Assembly (NCBI GenBank): GCA_040758515.1
Contig: JBFLVM010000003.1
Span: forward strand, 505,426-569,425
Origin: Pseudomonadota bacterium
GTDB lineage: Bacteria > Pseudomonadota > Alphaproteobacteria > Rhizobiales > Xanthobacteraceae
DNA: 64,000 nucleotides
Reading direction: 5' to 3'
Position numbers and translations under genes: made by a program. The notes beneath the pieces are model-generated. The model did no database searches and had not been told where the DNA came from. It worked only from the letters and a program-made list of their open reading frames with translations. How positions within the stretch are numbered: the stretch's first letter is position 1; each line of letters starts with the position of its first letter. Shown in pieces: positions 28,435-38,233 of the stretch.

Positions 28435-29967
28435 TTACTTCACCGCCAGCGCGACAAAGCGCAGTTCGCCGTTGCCGTTCGAGACCAGCAGCAGAACGGA
28501 CTTCTTGCCGTCCTTCTTCAACTGATCGATGCGCTTCTTGACATCGCCTGCGTTCGATACAGATTCCTGCGCGACTTCGACAATCACATCGCCTGCGCTG
28601 AGGCGTTTTTCAGCGGCGTCCGAGTCATTGTCGACGCCGACGACGACGACGCCTTTCACATTGTCCTTGATCTTGTATTTCGTCCGCAAATCCTTACTGA
28701 GACCGGCAAGATCGAGACCGAGTGCCTTCTGAGTCACGGGCTTGTCGGCTTCCGGCGGCGCGGTGGATTTCAGCGAAGCCTCGACCGGCTTGTCGCCATC
28801 GTCGAGACGGCCGAGCGTGACCTTGCGCGTCTCTTCCTTGCCCTTGCGGATGACGACGACATCGACCGCCTTGCCGACAGCCGTATCGGCGACAGCGCGC
28901 GGCAGATCCTTCATCTCTTTGATGTCTTTGCCGTCAAATTTGATGACGACATCGCCCGCTTCGATGCCGGCCGGTTTCGCCGGACCTTTTTCATCGACGC
29001 CGGCGATCAGCGCGCCGCGGGGCGGCCTGATGTTGAGGCTTTCGCCGATCTCGTCCGTGACCTGCTGAATGCGCACGCCGAGCCAGCCGCGGCGCACTTC
29101 CTTGAACTGACGCAATTGTTCGACGACACCGACGACCGTCTTTGACGGCACGGCAAAACCGATACCGATCGATCCACCGGACGGAGAAATTATTGCCGTA
29201 TTCACGCCGATCACGTCGCCATCGAGATTGAACAGCGGGCCGCCCGAATTGCCGCGATTGATGGCGGCGTCGGTCTGAATGTAGTTGTCATAGGGGCCGG
29301 AATTGATGTCGCGATTGCGCGCCGAGACGATGCCAGCCGTCACCGAACCGCCGAGACTGAACGGATTGCCGATCGCAATCACCCATTCGCCGAGACGCAG
29401 CTTGTCGGAATCGCCGAACTTCACTGCCGTCAGTTTCTTCTCCGGCGGCGTGAATTTCAGCACGGCCAGATCGCTCTTCTTGTCGCGGCCGACGAGTTCT
29501 GCCTTGATCTTGGTCCCGTCGTTGAGAATGACGTTGATCTCGTCGGCATCGGCGATGACGTGATTGTTCGTCACAACGACGCCCGAGGCGTCGATGATAA
29601 AGCCCGACCCGAGCGAATTCACCTTATGCGCGGTATTGCCTTTGGAGTTCGGGCCCCCACGGCGATTCTTGAAAAACTCGTCGAAGAATTCGCTGAACGG
29701 CGAATCCGGGGGGAGCTGTGGATTTGCGCCGCGCTTGCTGCCGCGATCCTGACCGCCTTTGCTGTCGTCGCTCTTGTCGTTATCCGACGTCTTGGAATCG
29801 ACGTTCTGCGACGTGGAAATATTCACGACGGCGTCGATAACCTTCTCCGCAACATCCGCGATGCCATCGGGTCCGCGCGCCTGCGCCGGCGCGGCAATCA
29901 CGGCAAGACTGATCGCCGCAGCAAAAGGCAGCAGGCGGCGGGTCAGAGTTTGAATCGCGTCGGACAT
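28435..29967 (-). CDS. degP: Do/DegP-family periplasmic serine protease with two PDZ domains
   Basis: GSGFII, TNNHV, QTDAAINRGNSGGPL, GWLGV; signal peptide. Confidence 0.95.
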   Translation of the reverse strand: MSDAIQTLTRRLLPFAAAISLAVIAAPAQARGPDGIADVAEKVIDAVVNISTSQNVDSKTSDNDKSDDSKGGQDRGSKRGANPQLPPDSPFSEFFDEFFKNRRGGPNSKGNTAHKVNSLGSGFIIDASGVVVTNNHVIADADEINVILNDGTKIKAELVGRDKKSDLAVLKFTPPEKKLTAVKFGDSDKLRLGEWVIAIGNPFSLGGSVTAGIVSARNRDINSGPYDNYIQTDAAINRGNSGGPLFNLDGDVIGVNTAIISPSGGSIGIGFAVPSKTVVGVVEQLRQFKEVRRGWLGVRIQQVTDEIGESLNIRPPRGALIAGVDEKGPAKPAGIEAGDVVIKFDGKDIKEMKDLPRAVADTAVGKAVDVVVIRKGKEETRKVTLGRLDDGDKPVEASLKSTAPPEADKPVTQKALGLDLAGLSKDLRTKYKIKDNVKGVVVVGVDNDSDAAEKRLSAGDVIVEVAQESVSNAGDVKKRIDQLKKDGKKSVLLLVSNGNGELRFVALAVK

Positions 29968-30027
29968 CGTCGAATGGTCTCCGAAATAAGGCCCGTATTG
30001 TTGAGCGCAGAGTGCGCCCGAAAAGGA

Positions 30028-30053
30028 TACGGACGCAAGCGCCGCATGGTTCC
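30028..30053 (-). promoter_or_regulatory. Putative ECF-sigma promoter of degP (GGAAC-N17-CGTA)
   Basis: Close to the alphaproteobacterial EcfG-type GGAAC-N16/17-CGTT pattern; about 60 bp upstream of the ATG. Confidence 0.4.
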
Positions 30054-30117
30054 GATTAGTTCACGGAATGCGGCGGAAACGCGGTTTCGCGCATAACAAC
30101 CTCGTCAGCGCCGCGAA

Positions 30118-30321
30118 CTATCGCCGCATCAGCCATATCAGGATCAACCCCGCGACCGCCGAGATCAGTCCGACGGCGCGCAGGAAATTATCGGGCGATG
30201 CCATTGCAGATTGCATCGCCTTGCGCATCGCGTTCGGGAATGCCGCGAACAGCAATCCTTCGAGCACCAGCAGCATGCCGAAGCCGACCAGAAAATCGTG
30301 AAATCCGACGGATTTAATCAA
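30118..30321 (-). CDS. DUF2065 family small membrane protein
   Basis: GMLLVLEGLLFAAFP...LRAVGL; conserved position after hflC. Confidence 0.85.
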   Translation of the reverse strand: MIKSVGFHDFLVGFGMLLVLEGLLFAAFPNAMRKAMQSAMASPDNFLRAVGLISAVAGLILIWLMRR

Positions 30322-30355
30322 ACGGTTTTTCCCGGCGCTTCAAAGGCGCGAATCG

Positions 30356-31243
30356 TCATTTCGATCCAGCCGGTTTGCCCGATGGATTGGCAAAAAAGCG
30401 GAAGAATTCCGAATCCGGCCGGAGCAGAAACCGTGTGTCGTTACCCTTGAGGCTGTTCTCATAGGCAGACATCGCGCGATAGAACGCGAAGAAATCCGCG
30501 TCCTTGCCATAGGCTTCAGCGAACAGCCGGTTGCGTTCGCCGTCGCCCTCGCCGCGGATTTGCTCGGCTTTGGAATTTGCCTCAGCGACGATGACGGTCG
30601 ATTCGCGATCCGCCTTGGAGCGAATTTCCTGCGCCTTTTGACCACCCTGAGCGCGGAATTCGGCAGCCTCGCGCTGACGTTCGGTCTGCATGCGCTGATA
30701 GACCGCCTGACTGTTCTGTTCCGGCAGATCGGCGCGGCGGATGCGAACGTCGATGACTGAAATGCCATAGGTGGCTGATTCACGATCCAGCTGATCGCGA
30801 ATTTTGGTCATTAGCGCATCGCGGTCATCACGAACGACGGTGATAAAAGTGACTTCGCCGAGCACGCGGCGCAGCGATGCGTTGAGCAGCGTCGTCAGCT
30901 GAATGTTGGCCGCCTGAATCGAACCGATGCTCTGATAGAAGCGCAGTGCGTCCTTGATGCGATAGCGCGCGAATGCATCGACCACGAGACGCTTCTGGTC
31001 GGATGCGATCACTTCCTGCGCGGGATTCTCGAGGTCGAGAATGCGCTTGTCGATCGTGATAACAGTGTCGATGAACGGCGCCTTGAAGTTTAGACCCGGC
31101 TCGGTGATGACGCGGATCGGATCGCCGAGCCGCACCTGTAACGCCTGATCGGTCTGGTTGACGATGAAAATTGAGCTGTAGCCGACGATGATGGCGACCA
31201 GCAGAACGAACAGCGCGGCAATGCCTGCGAAACCGTTTCTCAT
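30356..31243 (-). CDS. hflC: FtsH protease modulator HflC
   Basis: SPFH domain; DVRIRRADLP, MQTERQREA, FFAFYRAM. Confidence 0.96.
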   Translation of the reverse strand: MRNGFAGIAALFVLLVAIIVGYSSIFIVNQTDQALQVRLGDPIRVITEPGLNFKAPFIDTVITIDKRILDLENPAQEVIASDQKRLVVDAFARYRIKDALRFYQSIGSIQAANIQLTTLLNASLRRVLGEVTFITVVRDDRDALMTKIRDQLDRESATYGISVIDVRIRRADLPEQNSQAVYQRMQTERQREAAEFRAQGGQKAQEIRSKADRESTVIVAEANSKAEQIRGEGDGERNRLFAEAYGKDADFFAFYRAMSAYENSLKGNDTRFLLRPDSEFFRFFANPSGKPAGSK

Positions 31244-32370
31244 CGGTTACCTCCGCCCTGCGATGCCGGTGGGTTGCGGCGGCCCAATTCGTTCAGAGGC
31301 AGATACGGCACAACGCCCTGCCCGCCCGATCCCTGATCGAGGACGAGTTTGTCGGAGCCGCCGAGAACGTGCTCGAGCGTTTCGAGATAGATGCGCTGGC
31401 GCGTGACGTCCGGCGCCTTCTTGTATTCTTCATACACCTTCAGGAAGCGTGCGCTCTGGCCCTTCGCTTCTGCGACGGCCTGCTGCTTGTAACCTTCCGC
31501 GACCTGAAGAATCTGCGCCGCGCGGCCGTTGGCTTCCGGCACGACCCGATTTGCATAGGTCTGCGCTTCATTCTGCAACCGTTCGAAATCCGCGCGCGCG
31601 GCCTGCACGTCGCGGAATGAATCGATCACCTGCGACGGAGGATCGACCTTCTGCATCTGCACCTGCTGAACGAGAATACCCGATCCGTAATTGTCGAGCG
31701 TCTTCTGCATCAGTTCGAGCACGGCGGCTTCCGTCGTCGTCCTCGCGCCGGTCAGGATCGGCTGAATGTTGGAACGGCCGATCACGTCGCGCATCGCGCT
31801 TTCGGCAACGGCTTTCACCGTACCTTCGGGATTCTGGATGTTGAAAAGGAAATCGCCGACGCCGTCGGGCTTAATGCGCCACAACACGGTGAAATCCACA
31901 TCGACGATGTTCTCGTCGCCGGTCAGCATCAGGCTCTCTTCGGGAACGTCGCGAATGGTCGTTCCGCCGCCGCGGCGCGAGTCGTCGATAATGCGCATGC
32001 CGATGCTGAGAGTCGAAACGCGCAGCGCCTTCGGCAGCAGCACGGTCTCGACCGGATAAGGCAGATGATACTGCAAGCCGGGGCCGACGGTGCGGACATG
32101 TTTGCCGAACCGTAGCACGACGCCGAGTTCTTCCGACTGCACGCGGAAGAATCCGGACAATCCCCAGATCGCGAGCGCGGCGACGACGATCAGCGCGATG
32201 CCCATGCCGCTGAAATTGCCGCCGGGCAAAAACGTCTGGAGCTTGTCCTGTCCGCGACGAAGCAAATCTTCAAGATCGGGCGGCCGCGATCCGGACGGCT
32301 GCGGACCTGAGCCCCACGGCCCCTTCGGGCCGGACCCCCACGGGCCTCCACCTTGATTCTGCCACGGCAT
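31240..32370 (-). CDS. hflK: FtsH protease modulator HflK
   Basis: MPWQNQGGGPW, MLTGDENIVDV, YKKAPDVTRQRIYLET. Confidence 0.96.
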   Translation of the reverse strand: MPWQNQGGGPWGSGPKGPWGSGPQPSGSRPPDLEDLLRRGQDKLQTFLPGGNFSGMGIALIVVAALAIWGLSGFFRVQSEELGVVLRFGKHVRTVGPGLQYHLPYPVETVLLPKALRVSTLSIGMRIIDDSRRGGGTTIRDVPEESLMLTGDENIVDVDFTVLWRIKPDGVGDFLFNIQNPEGTVKAVAESAMRDVIGRSNIQPILTGARTTTEAAVLELMQKTLDNYGSGILVQQVQMQKVDPPSQVIDSFRDVQAARADFERLQNEAQTYANRVVPEANGRAAQILQVAEGYKQQAVAEAKGQSARFLKVYEEYKKAPDVTRQRIYLETLEHVLGGSDKLVLDQGSGGQGVVPYLPLNELGRRNPPASQGGGNR

Positions 32371-32418
32371 TGTCAGTCTCCTCCGTGCGGGCTTTTGCCT
32401 CGCAGCATTTGCAGGGCT

Positions 32419-32457
32419 TTATAGGGGACGGCTTGGATCGTTACAACGCGCGTTGTA
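32419..32457 (-). promoter_or_regulatory. Possible sigma32-like promoter of hflK overlapped by a perfect 16-bp palindrome
   Basis: GTTGTA-N15-CCCTATAA on the minus strand; TACAACGCGCGTTGTA at 32442-32457. Confidence 0.45.
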
Positions 32458-32516
32458 TCTCACGAAAGAGCTATGGTGCGGGGCAAATATGTCAATGCAA
32501 ACATCGGCGAATGCGG

Positions 32517-33059
32517 TTAATGCCGCGCTCTGCGACGATAGGTGACATAGGAATAGTCGGCGCTTTCGCCTTCGGCCTTCGTGTGCCGTTCGCGTGCAAC
32601 TTCTTGCCATTTCGCCGCATCGACAAGATCAATCCGCGTATCGCCGTCGGGCTTGGCGTGAACTTCCGTCACTTCGAGCCGGTCTGCGAATTCCATCCAC
32701 TGCTTAAAAATTTCCGCGCCGCCAAGCACCATGATCTCAGTGACGTTTCGCCGCAGCGCGTCTTCGGACGCTAGCTTGCGCGCATCGTCAAGCGATGCGG
32801 CAACGACAATGCCGTCGGCTTTGAAACTTCCGTCGCGCGTGACGACAATATTGGTGCGATCAGGAAGCGGCCTGCCGATTGACTCAAACGTTCTACGGCC
32901 CATGACGACCGGCTTGCCGATCGTCATTTTTTTCAAACGCTGAAGGTCGGATTTAAGGCGCCACGGCAGCGCATTGTCGCGGCCGATCACGCCGTTTTCG
33001 GCGACCGCGACGACAAAAACAATTTCAGGAATGTTGGTGGAAGCAACGCCTGCGGTCAC
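32517..33059 (-). CDS. folA: Dihydrofolate reductase
   Basis: [34 protein letters not shown]. Confidence 0.95.
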   Translation of the reverse strand: MTAGVASTNIPEIVFVVAVAENGVIGRDNALPWRLKSDLQRLKKMTIGKPVVMGRRTFESIGRPLPDRTNIVVTRDGSFKADGIVVAASLDDARKLASEDALRRNVTEIMVLGGAEIFKQWMEFADRLEVTEVHAKPDGDTRIDLVDAAKWQEVARERHTKAEGESADYSYVTYRRRARH

Positions 33060-33850
33060 ACCGCGACCTCAGCCTTGATGTGCGGATGCGGATCGTAATT
33101 CTCCAGCGTGAAATCTTCGTACTTGAATCCGAAAATATCCTTCACGGCGGGATTGATCTTCATCGCCGGCAAAGGCCGCGTCGGACGCGTCAATTGCAAG
33201 CGAGCTTGCTCAAGATGGTTGGAATAGAGATGCGCGTCGCCGAGCGAATGCACGAAATCACCGGGCTTCAAGCCCGTCACCTGCGCGACCATCATCGTCA
33301 GCAGAGCATATGACGCAATATTAAACGGCACGCCGAGAAACACGTCGGCCGAACGCTGATAGAGCTGACACGACAGTTTTCCGTTCGCGACGTAAAACTG
33401 AAACAGACAGTGGCACGGAGGCAGCGCCATCTTGTCGACTTCGGCAGGATTCCATGCGCTCACGATCAGGCGGCGCGAATCCGGATTCTTGCGGATCATC
33501 TCGATGACATTCGCGATCTGATCGATCGTGCCGCCGTTCTGTGCCGGCCATGAGCGCCACTGCGATCCATAGACCGGACCGAGTTCGCCGTTCTCGTCGG
33601 CCCACTCGTCCCAGATGCGCACGCCGTTGTCGTTCAGATATTTGATGTTGGTGTCGCCCGCGAGAAACCAGAGGAGCTCGTGAACGATCGATTTTAGATG
33701 CAGCTTCTTCGTCGTCAGCATCGGAAATCCGGCGGCGAGGTTGAACCGCATCTGATGCCCGAAAATCGACAGCGTTCCGGTGCCGGTGCGGTCGTGCTTT
33801 TCCGCGCCGTCGCTGAGAATTCGCTCGAGAAGGTCGTGATACTGGTTCAT
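33056..33850 (-). CDS. thyA: Thymidylate synthase
   Basis: [36 protein letters not shown]. Confidence 0.98.
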   Translation of the reverse strand: MNQYHDLLERILSDGAEKHDRTGTGTLSIFGHQMRFNLAAGFPMLTTKKLHLKSIVHELLWFLAGDTNIKYLNDNGVRIWDEWADENGELGPVYGSQWRSWPAQNGGTIDQIANVIEMIRKNPDSRRLIVSAWNPAEVDKMALPPCHCLFQFYVANGKLSCQLYQRSADVFLGVPFNIASYALLTMMVAQVTGLKPGDFVHSLGDAHLYSNHLEQARLQLTRPTRPLPAMKINPAVKDIFGFKYEDFTLENYDPHPHIKAEVAV

Positions 33851-33930
33851 CGGGCCGCCGGGATGGAATGCGACGACTCAGGACGCCGCTGCCGGGAATA
33901 TACACCCGGAAAGATGGCTTTCCGCGACCC

Positions 33931-33962
33931 AAACAACAAGGGCGGGACTTTAAGTCCCGCCC
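33931..33962 (-). terminator. Terminator after tctC
   Basis: GGGCGGGACTT/AAGTCCCGCCC inverted repeat followed by TTGTTGTTT on the minus strand. Confidence 0.7.
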
Positions 33963-33993
33963 CGTTATCAGCGCTGTTCAGAAGTCCGCTAAA

Positions 33994-34962
33994 TCAGTTG
34001 GTTACAGGCTTCAGAACCGGAGTCCATTTCGCGATTTCGCTCGTGACCAACGCGCCCAATGCAGCCGGGGTGCGTTCCGCAGGCGACGGGATCACGCTGC
34101 CGAGTTCAAGCAGACGCTTGCGAACACCCTCATCGTCGAGTGCCTTGCTAAGCGCCGCGTTGAGCTTGGCGACGATCGGAGCCGGCGTGCCTTTCGGCGC
34201 GAAGATCGCGTTCCATGCCTGCGCCTGGAACGCAGGCAGGCCTGCTTCCTTCGTGGTCGGAACGTCAGGCAGCGACGGATTGCGCTCCGGCGTTGCGATT
34301 GCATAGGCCTTGATCGTGCCGCCCTGAATCTGCGGCACCGCGTTGACGATCTGGTCGCACATATAATCGACCTGTCCGCCGACCAGTGCGTTCATCGCGG
34401 GGCCCGTGCCGTTGAACGGCACGCCCGTCGGCTTGATGTCGAGAACCGCGTTGAGCAACTGACAGGATGTATAAGACACCGAACCGACGCCGGCATGCGC
34501 GACGTTCAGCTTGTCAGTGTTCGCCTTCACGTAAGCGACGAATTCCTTAAGATCCCTCGGCGGGAAATCCTTGCGGCCGAGGATCAGGATCGGCGTGCCG
34601 GCGATCAGCCCGACCGGCTCGAAGTCCTTCGAGGGATGATAGGCAAGGTTCGGATAGAGCGGCACGGACGCCGCGTGCGTGCCCATGTGGCCTGTTATGA
34701 GCGTGTAGCCATCCGGCGCGGCCTTCGCAGCACGGGTCGATGCCGTCGTGCCGCCTGCGCCGACAACGTTTTCGATGATGATCGGCTTGCCTAAAGTCTG
34801 CTCCATGTGACCCGACACGATACGTGCGATGACGTCGGTCGGACCGCCTGCCGCGAACGGCACGATCATCGTGATGTTGCGGGTTGGATAGTCCTGCGCC
34901 TGCGCGGAAGAAATTGCGGCAAGTGCCGTCAGCGCACCCGCCAGAAAAACTCGCCGTTTCAT
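33994..34962 (-). CDS. tctC: Tripartite tricarboxylate transporter substrate-binding protein
   Basis: YPTRNITMIVPFAAGGPTD, IENVVGAGG, PDVPTTKEAG. Confidence 0.92.
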   Translation of the reverse strand: MKRRVFLAGALTALAAISSAQAQDYPTRNITMIVPFAAGGPTDVIARIVSGHMEQTLGKPIIIENVVGAGGTTASTRAAKAAPDGYTLITGHMGTHAASVPLYPNLAYHPSKDFEPVGLIAGTPILILGRKDFPPRDLKEFVAYVKANTDKLNVAHAGVGSVSYTSCQLLNAVLDIKPTGVPFNGTGPAMNALVGGQVDYMCDQIVNAVPQIQGGTIKAYAIATPERNPSLPDVPTTKEAGLPAFQAQAWNAIFAPKGTPAPIVAKLNAALSKALDDEGVRKRLLELGSVIPSPAERTPAALGALVTSEIAKWTPVLKPVTN

Positions 34963-35028
34963 TGTTGTCCCCATTCTTGTTGGTTCTGAACCTGCTTTAG
35001 CGGACCGTGGAGCACATCAATACCGGTC

Positions 35029-35277
35029 TTAACGCCGCACCAGGTCATCCGGGTCCGGGCACTTCAGCGAGTACGTGCGAAGGATGTCCCAGCCCCTGGC
35101 GTTCTGAAGGCAATCAGGGGCAGGCTTGGAATCCATCACATTGACGAATGTGACGAAGGCGATGCCGGCCACGAAACCGGCGAGCGCCGATCGAAGCGGC
35201 GGCCACCCGGCGAAGGCCGAGAAGATCAGGCCCGCCAGCAACCCCAGATATCCAAGCCAAGTGTACCAAATGTCCAT
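35029..35277 (-). CDS. Hypothetical 82-aa membrane protein between tctA and tctC
   Basis: MDIWYTWLGYLGLLAGLIFSAFAGWPPLRSALAGFVAGIAFVTFVNV...; two hydrophobic segments then a C-x16-C tail; fills the intergenic gap. Confidence 0.55.
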   Translation of the reverse strand: MDIWYTWLGYLGLLAGLIFSAFAGWPPLRSALAGFVAGIAFVTFVNVMDSKPAPDCLQNARGWDILRTYSLKCPDPDDLVRR

Positions 35278-35308
35278 CAGTCGAATTCCCTGCGAACGAT
35301 AGCCGGCA

Positions 35309-36823
35309 TCAGTTTTCCGATTCCACGAATACTTCATCGCGGCGCTTGCGCATGTTCGGAAGCAGCGAAACGACCAGCAACAGAATCGCAATCTGCAACA
35401 GAATGGCCGACAGCGGCCGCACGGTGAACACCGTCCAGTCGCCGCGCGAGATCAGCAACGCGCGCCGCAGATTTTCTTCCATCAGCGGACCGAGCACCAT
35501 GCCGAGCAGCAGCGGCGCAGGCTCAAAGTCGTGCTTCACCAGCCAATAGCCGAGAAGTCCGAATGCGCCCGCGAGCACGACGTCCATCGGAGCGTTATTG
35601 ATCGAGTAAATGCCGATGGCGCAGAAAATCACGATTGACGGGAACAGCAGCCGATACGGCACGCGCAGCAGCCGCACCCAGATGCCGACCAGCGGCAGAT
35701 TGATGACGAGCAGCATGAGATTGCCGATCCACATCGACGCGATCATGCCCCACACGAGATCGGGCTGCTTCTGCATCACCTGCGGTCCCGGCACGATGCC
35801 GTGAATGGTCATCGCGCCGACCATCAGCGCCATCACCGCATTCGGCGGAATGCCGAGCGTGAGCAACGGAATAAACGACGTTTGCGCGGCGGCGTTGTTG
35901 GCGCTTTCCGGCGCAGCCACGCCTTCGATCGCGCCGCGCCCGAAACGCGATGGGTCTTTCGCGATTTTTTTCTCGAAAGTGTAAGCGGCGAACGACGCGA
36001 TCACCGCGCCGCCACCGGGCAGAATGCCAAGAATCGAACCGAGCACCGTGCCGCGTGCGATCGCGGGGGCCGAGTCGATCATGTCCTTCCTGGTCGGCAT
36101 CAGGCCGGTGATCTTCTGCTGAACCAGATCGCGATCCATTTCCGCTCCCGCATCGAGATTGCGGATGATTTCGGCAAAACCGAACACGCCCATCGCGACG
36201 GTCGCAAAGCCGAGACCGTCGGCTAATTCAGGAACATTGAAGGACATGCGCGATGCGCCGGTCTCGATGTCGGACCCGACCATCGACAGCAAAAGGCCGA
36301 ACACGATCATCGCAATCGCCTTCAGAACGGACCCCTTGGCGAGAACAACCGCGAAGATAAGGCCGAGAACCATCAGCGAGAAATATTCGGCAGGTCCGAA
36401 CGCAAGAGCGAGTTTCGTCAGCGGCGCACCAAGTACGGCGATCAGGACCGTTGCGACACAGCCCGCGATGAATGAACCGATTGCCGCGATGGCCAGCGCC
36501 GGGCCGGCGCGGCCGCGCTTGGCCATCTGGAATCCGTCGAGCGTTGTCACGACGGATGTCGCTTCACCGGGAATATTGACGAGGATCGACGTCGTCGAAC
36601 CGCCGTACTGGGCGCCATAATAAATTCCGGCGAGCATGATGAGCGCGCCGACGGGAGGCAGCCCAAAGGTGATCGGCAGCAACATCGCAACGGTCGCGAT
36701 GGTGCCAATACCCGGCAGCACACCGACGAGCGTTCCGACGAGCGCGCCGACGAGACACAGCAAAAGATTGATCGGCGACATCGCGACAACGAAGCCGTGG
36801 GCAAGGTTTGCAAAGAGTTCCAT
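35309..36823 (-). CDS. tctA: Tripartite tricarboxylate transporter large permease
   Basis: GVLPGIG, YYGAQYGGS, NIPGE, APESANNA, LTLGIP. Confidence 0.95.
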   Translation of the reverse strand: MELFANLAHGFVVAMSPINLLLCLVGALVGTLVGVLPGIGTIATVAMLLPITFGLPPVGALIMLAGIYYGAQYGGSTTSILVNIPGEATSVVTTLDGFQMAKRGRAGPALAIAAIGSFIAGCVATVLIAVLGAPLTKLALAFGPAEYFSLMVLGLIFAVVLAKGSVLKAIAMIVFGLLLSMVGSDIETGASRMSFNVPELADGLGFATVAMGVFGFAEIIRNLDAGAEMDRDLVQQKITGLMPTRKDMIDSAPAIARGTVLGSILGILPGGGAVIASFAAYTFEKKIAKDPSRFGRGAIEGVAAPESANNAAAQTSFIPLLTLGIPPNAVMALMVGAMTIHGIVPGPQVMQKQPDLVWGMIASMWIGNLMLLVINLPLVGIWVRLLRVPYRLLFPSIVIFCAIGIYSINNAPMDVVLAGAFGLLGYWLVKHDFEPAPLLLGMVLGPLMEENLRRALLISRGDWTVFTVRPLSAILLQIAILLLVVSLLPNMRKRRDEVFVESEN

Positions 36824-36830
36824 TACATCC

Positions 36831-37613
36831 TCACCGGAAGACGCGCGGGAAAAGTTCGAGCGGTAGCCCGAGCGCATAAGGGAATAGAAGACTGCAACCG
36901 ATCGTCAGCAGAATTCCGACGATGATCGTCTCTGTCCATTTGGTTTCCGCCGTTCCCATCGCGGCGATCACGAAACTCAGCATCGCCGAGATAATGAGTC
37001 CCAGGGGCCGGATCGTCAGCGAGAACGACAGGATCGCGGCCGTCACGAAAAACGGCCCGCGAATTCCATATTTTTGAAGCGGCGGTCCTTCCGTCAGCAA
37101 TCCCGTGACCGCGACGCCCATTCCAAGGAGCATTAGCAAGACGCCGAACATGCGCGGCGCCGTTCCGGGACCGAACGAGAAACCCTTCATGCCTTGCAGG
37201 TCGCTCGATGCCCAGAGCGCGAACAACGCGATCGCCATCAGGACGACGCCGCCGAAGTAATCCTGCGGGGCGCGCAACTTGACCAGCAGCGTCAGCAACG
37301 CGACAGCGAGCAATGGATAAGTATAGATCAGGGCCAGCAGAACGCTCGATCCGAGCGACGCCAAATGATCCGGCCCGAATTGCGAGACAGTAAATTTTGT
37401 CAGGTTCGGCAACGCAAGCACGAGCGCCGACACATGGTCGGTCACAACCGTGATCGGGCTGCGCGCAGAAGTATGAAAGAACAGCGCGCCGATCGAACCG
37501 ATGAATTCGAGAATCTGCGGCGCAAAGGCGAGGAGAACCACGGCAATCGCGCCGCGTTTATTCGAGCCCGACGCCTGCGACTGGTCAGCCGCATGCCCCA
37601 ACGTGTCCGCCAT
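36831..37613 (-). CDS. tctB: TctB family small permease with N-terminal extension
   Basis: C-terminal ~150 aa typical of TctB (RAPQDYFGG, FGPGTAPRMF, LPLELFP); start ATG 37613 with RBS GGGGAGG. Confidence 0.8.
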   Translation of the reverse strand: MADTLGHAADQSQASGSNKRGAIAVVLLAFAPQILEFIGSIGALFFHTSARSPITVVTDHVSALVLALPNLTKFTVSQFGPDHLASLGSSVLLALIYTYPLLAVALLTLLVKLRAPQDYFGGVVLMAIALFALWASSDLQGMKGFSFGPGTAPRMFGVLLMLLGMGVAVTGLLTEGPPLQKYGIRGPFFVTAAILSFSLTIRPLGLIISAMLSFVIAAMGTAETKWTETIIVGILLTIGCSLLFPYALGLPLELFPRVFR

Positions 37614-37699
37614 TGCCGCCCTCCCCCGCGACCGGTTCCGGTCTGCTTTTTTCTGGCCGGATTTTTCCGGCTGCTTTCGGTCTTGCCTAGCGATTTTTG

Positions 37700-38233
37700 T
37701 CAGAGAACGCCAGCGAAACCAAGAAGGCCGCCTGCGGCAAGCGCCCAGATCGGGTTGAGACGTGTTGCGATTGCGAGAGCGGCGGCAATGAGCGTAATTG
37801 CCGCAGCAACCCATGAGCGATCAGCCGTCAATGTCAGGATTAACCCGCTGGCGCACATCAGACCAATTGATAAGGGCACGAGCGCCACCTGAAGAAGCGC
37901 CGGCCAGGGCGAGTGGCTCGAACGCATCAAAAGATTGCTGACATAATAGGCAAGAAAAGCGGACGGACCGCACATCGCGAACGTCGCGATCAGCGCGCCG
38001 ACGACGCCAGCGACATGAAAGCCGATCAAGGTGACGATCAGCACGTTCGGCCCCGGCGACAATTGCGAGATCGCGAACATGTCGGCGAACTGGGTATCGT
38101 TCATCCAATGATTCACGTCGACCGCGATGCGGTGCATTTCGGGAATCGTCGAATTTGCGCCGCCGATGGCGAGCAGCGACATCAGCCCAAACGTCCACGC
38201 CAGCGTGAAGAGCATCGAGACGGGCGAGTTCAT
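37700..38233 (-). CDS. chrA: Short-chain chromate transporter (CHR), second half
   Basis: LLAIGGANSTIPEM, FAISQLSPGPN; ATG 38233 overlaps the upstream stop. Confidence 0.88.
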   Translation of the reverse strand: MNSPVSMLFTLAWTFGLMSLLAIGGANSTIPEMHRIAVDVNHWMNDTQFADMFAISQLSPGPNVLIVTLIGFHVAGVVGALIATFAMCGPSAFLAYYVSNLLMRSSHSPWPALLQVALVPLSIGLMCASGLILTLTADRSWVAAAITLIAAALAIATRLNPIWALAAGGLLGFAGVL

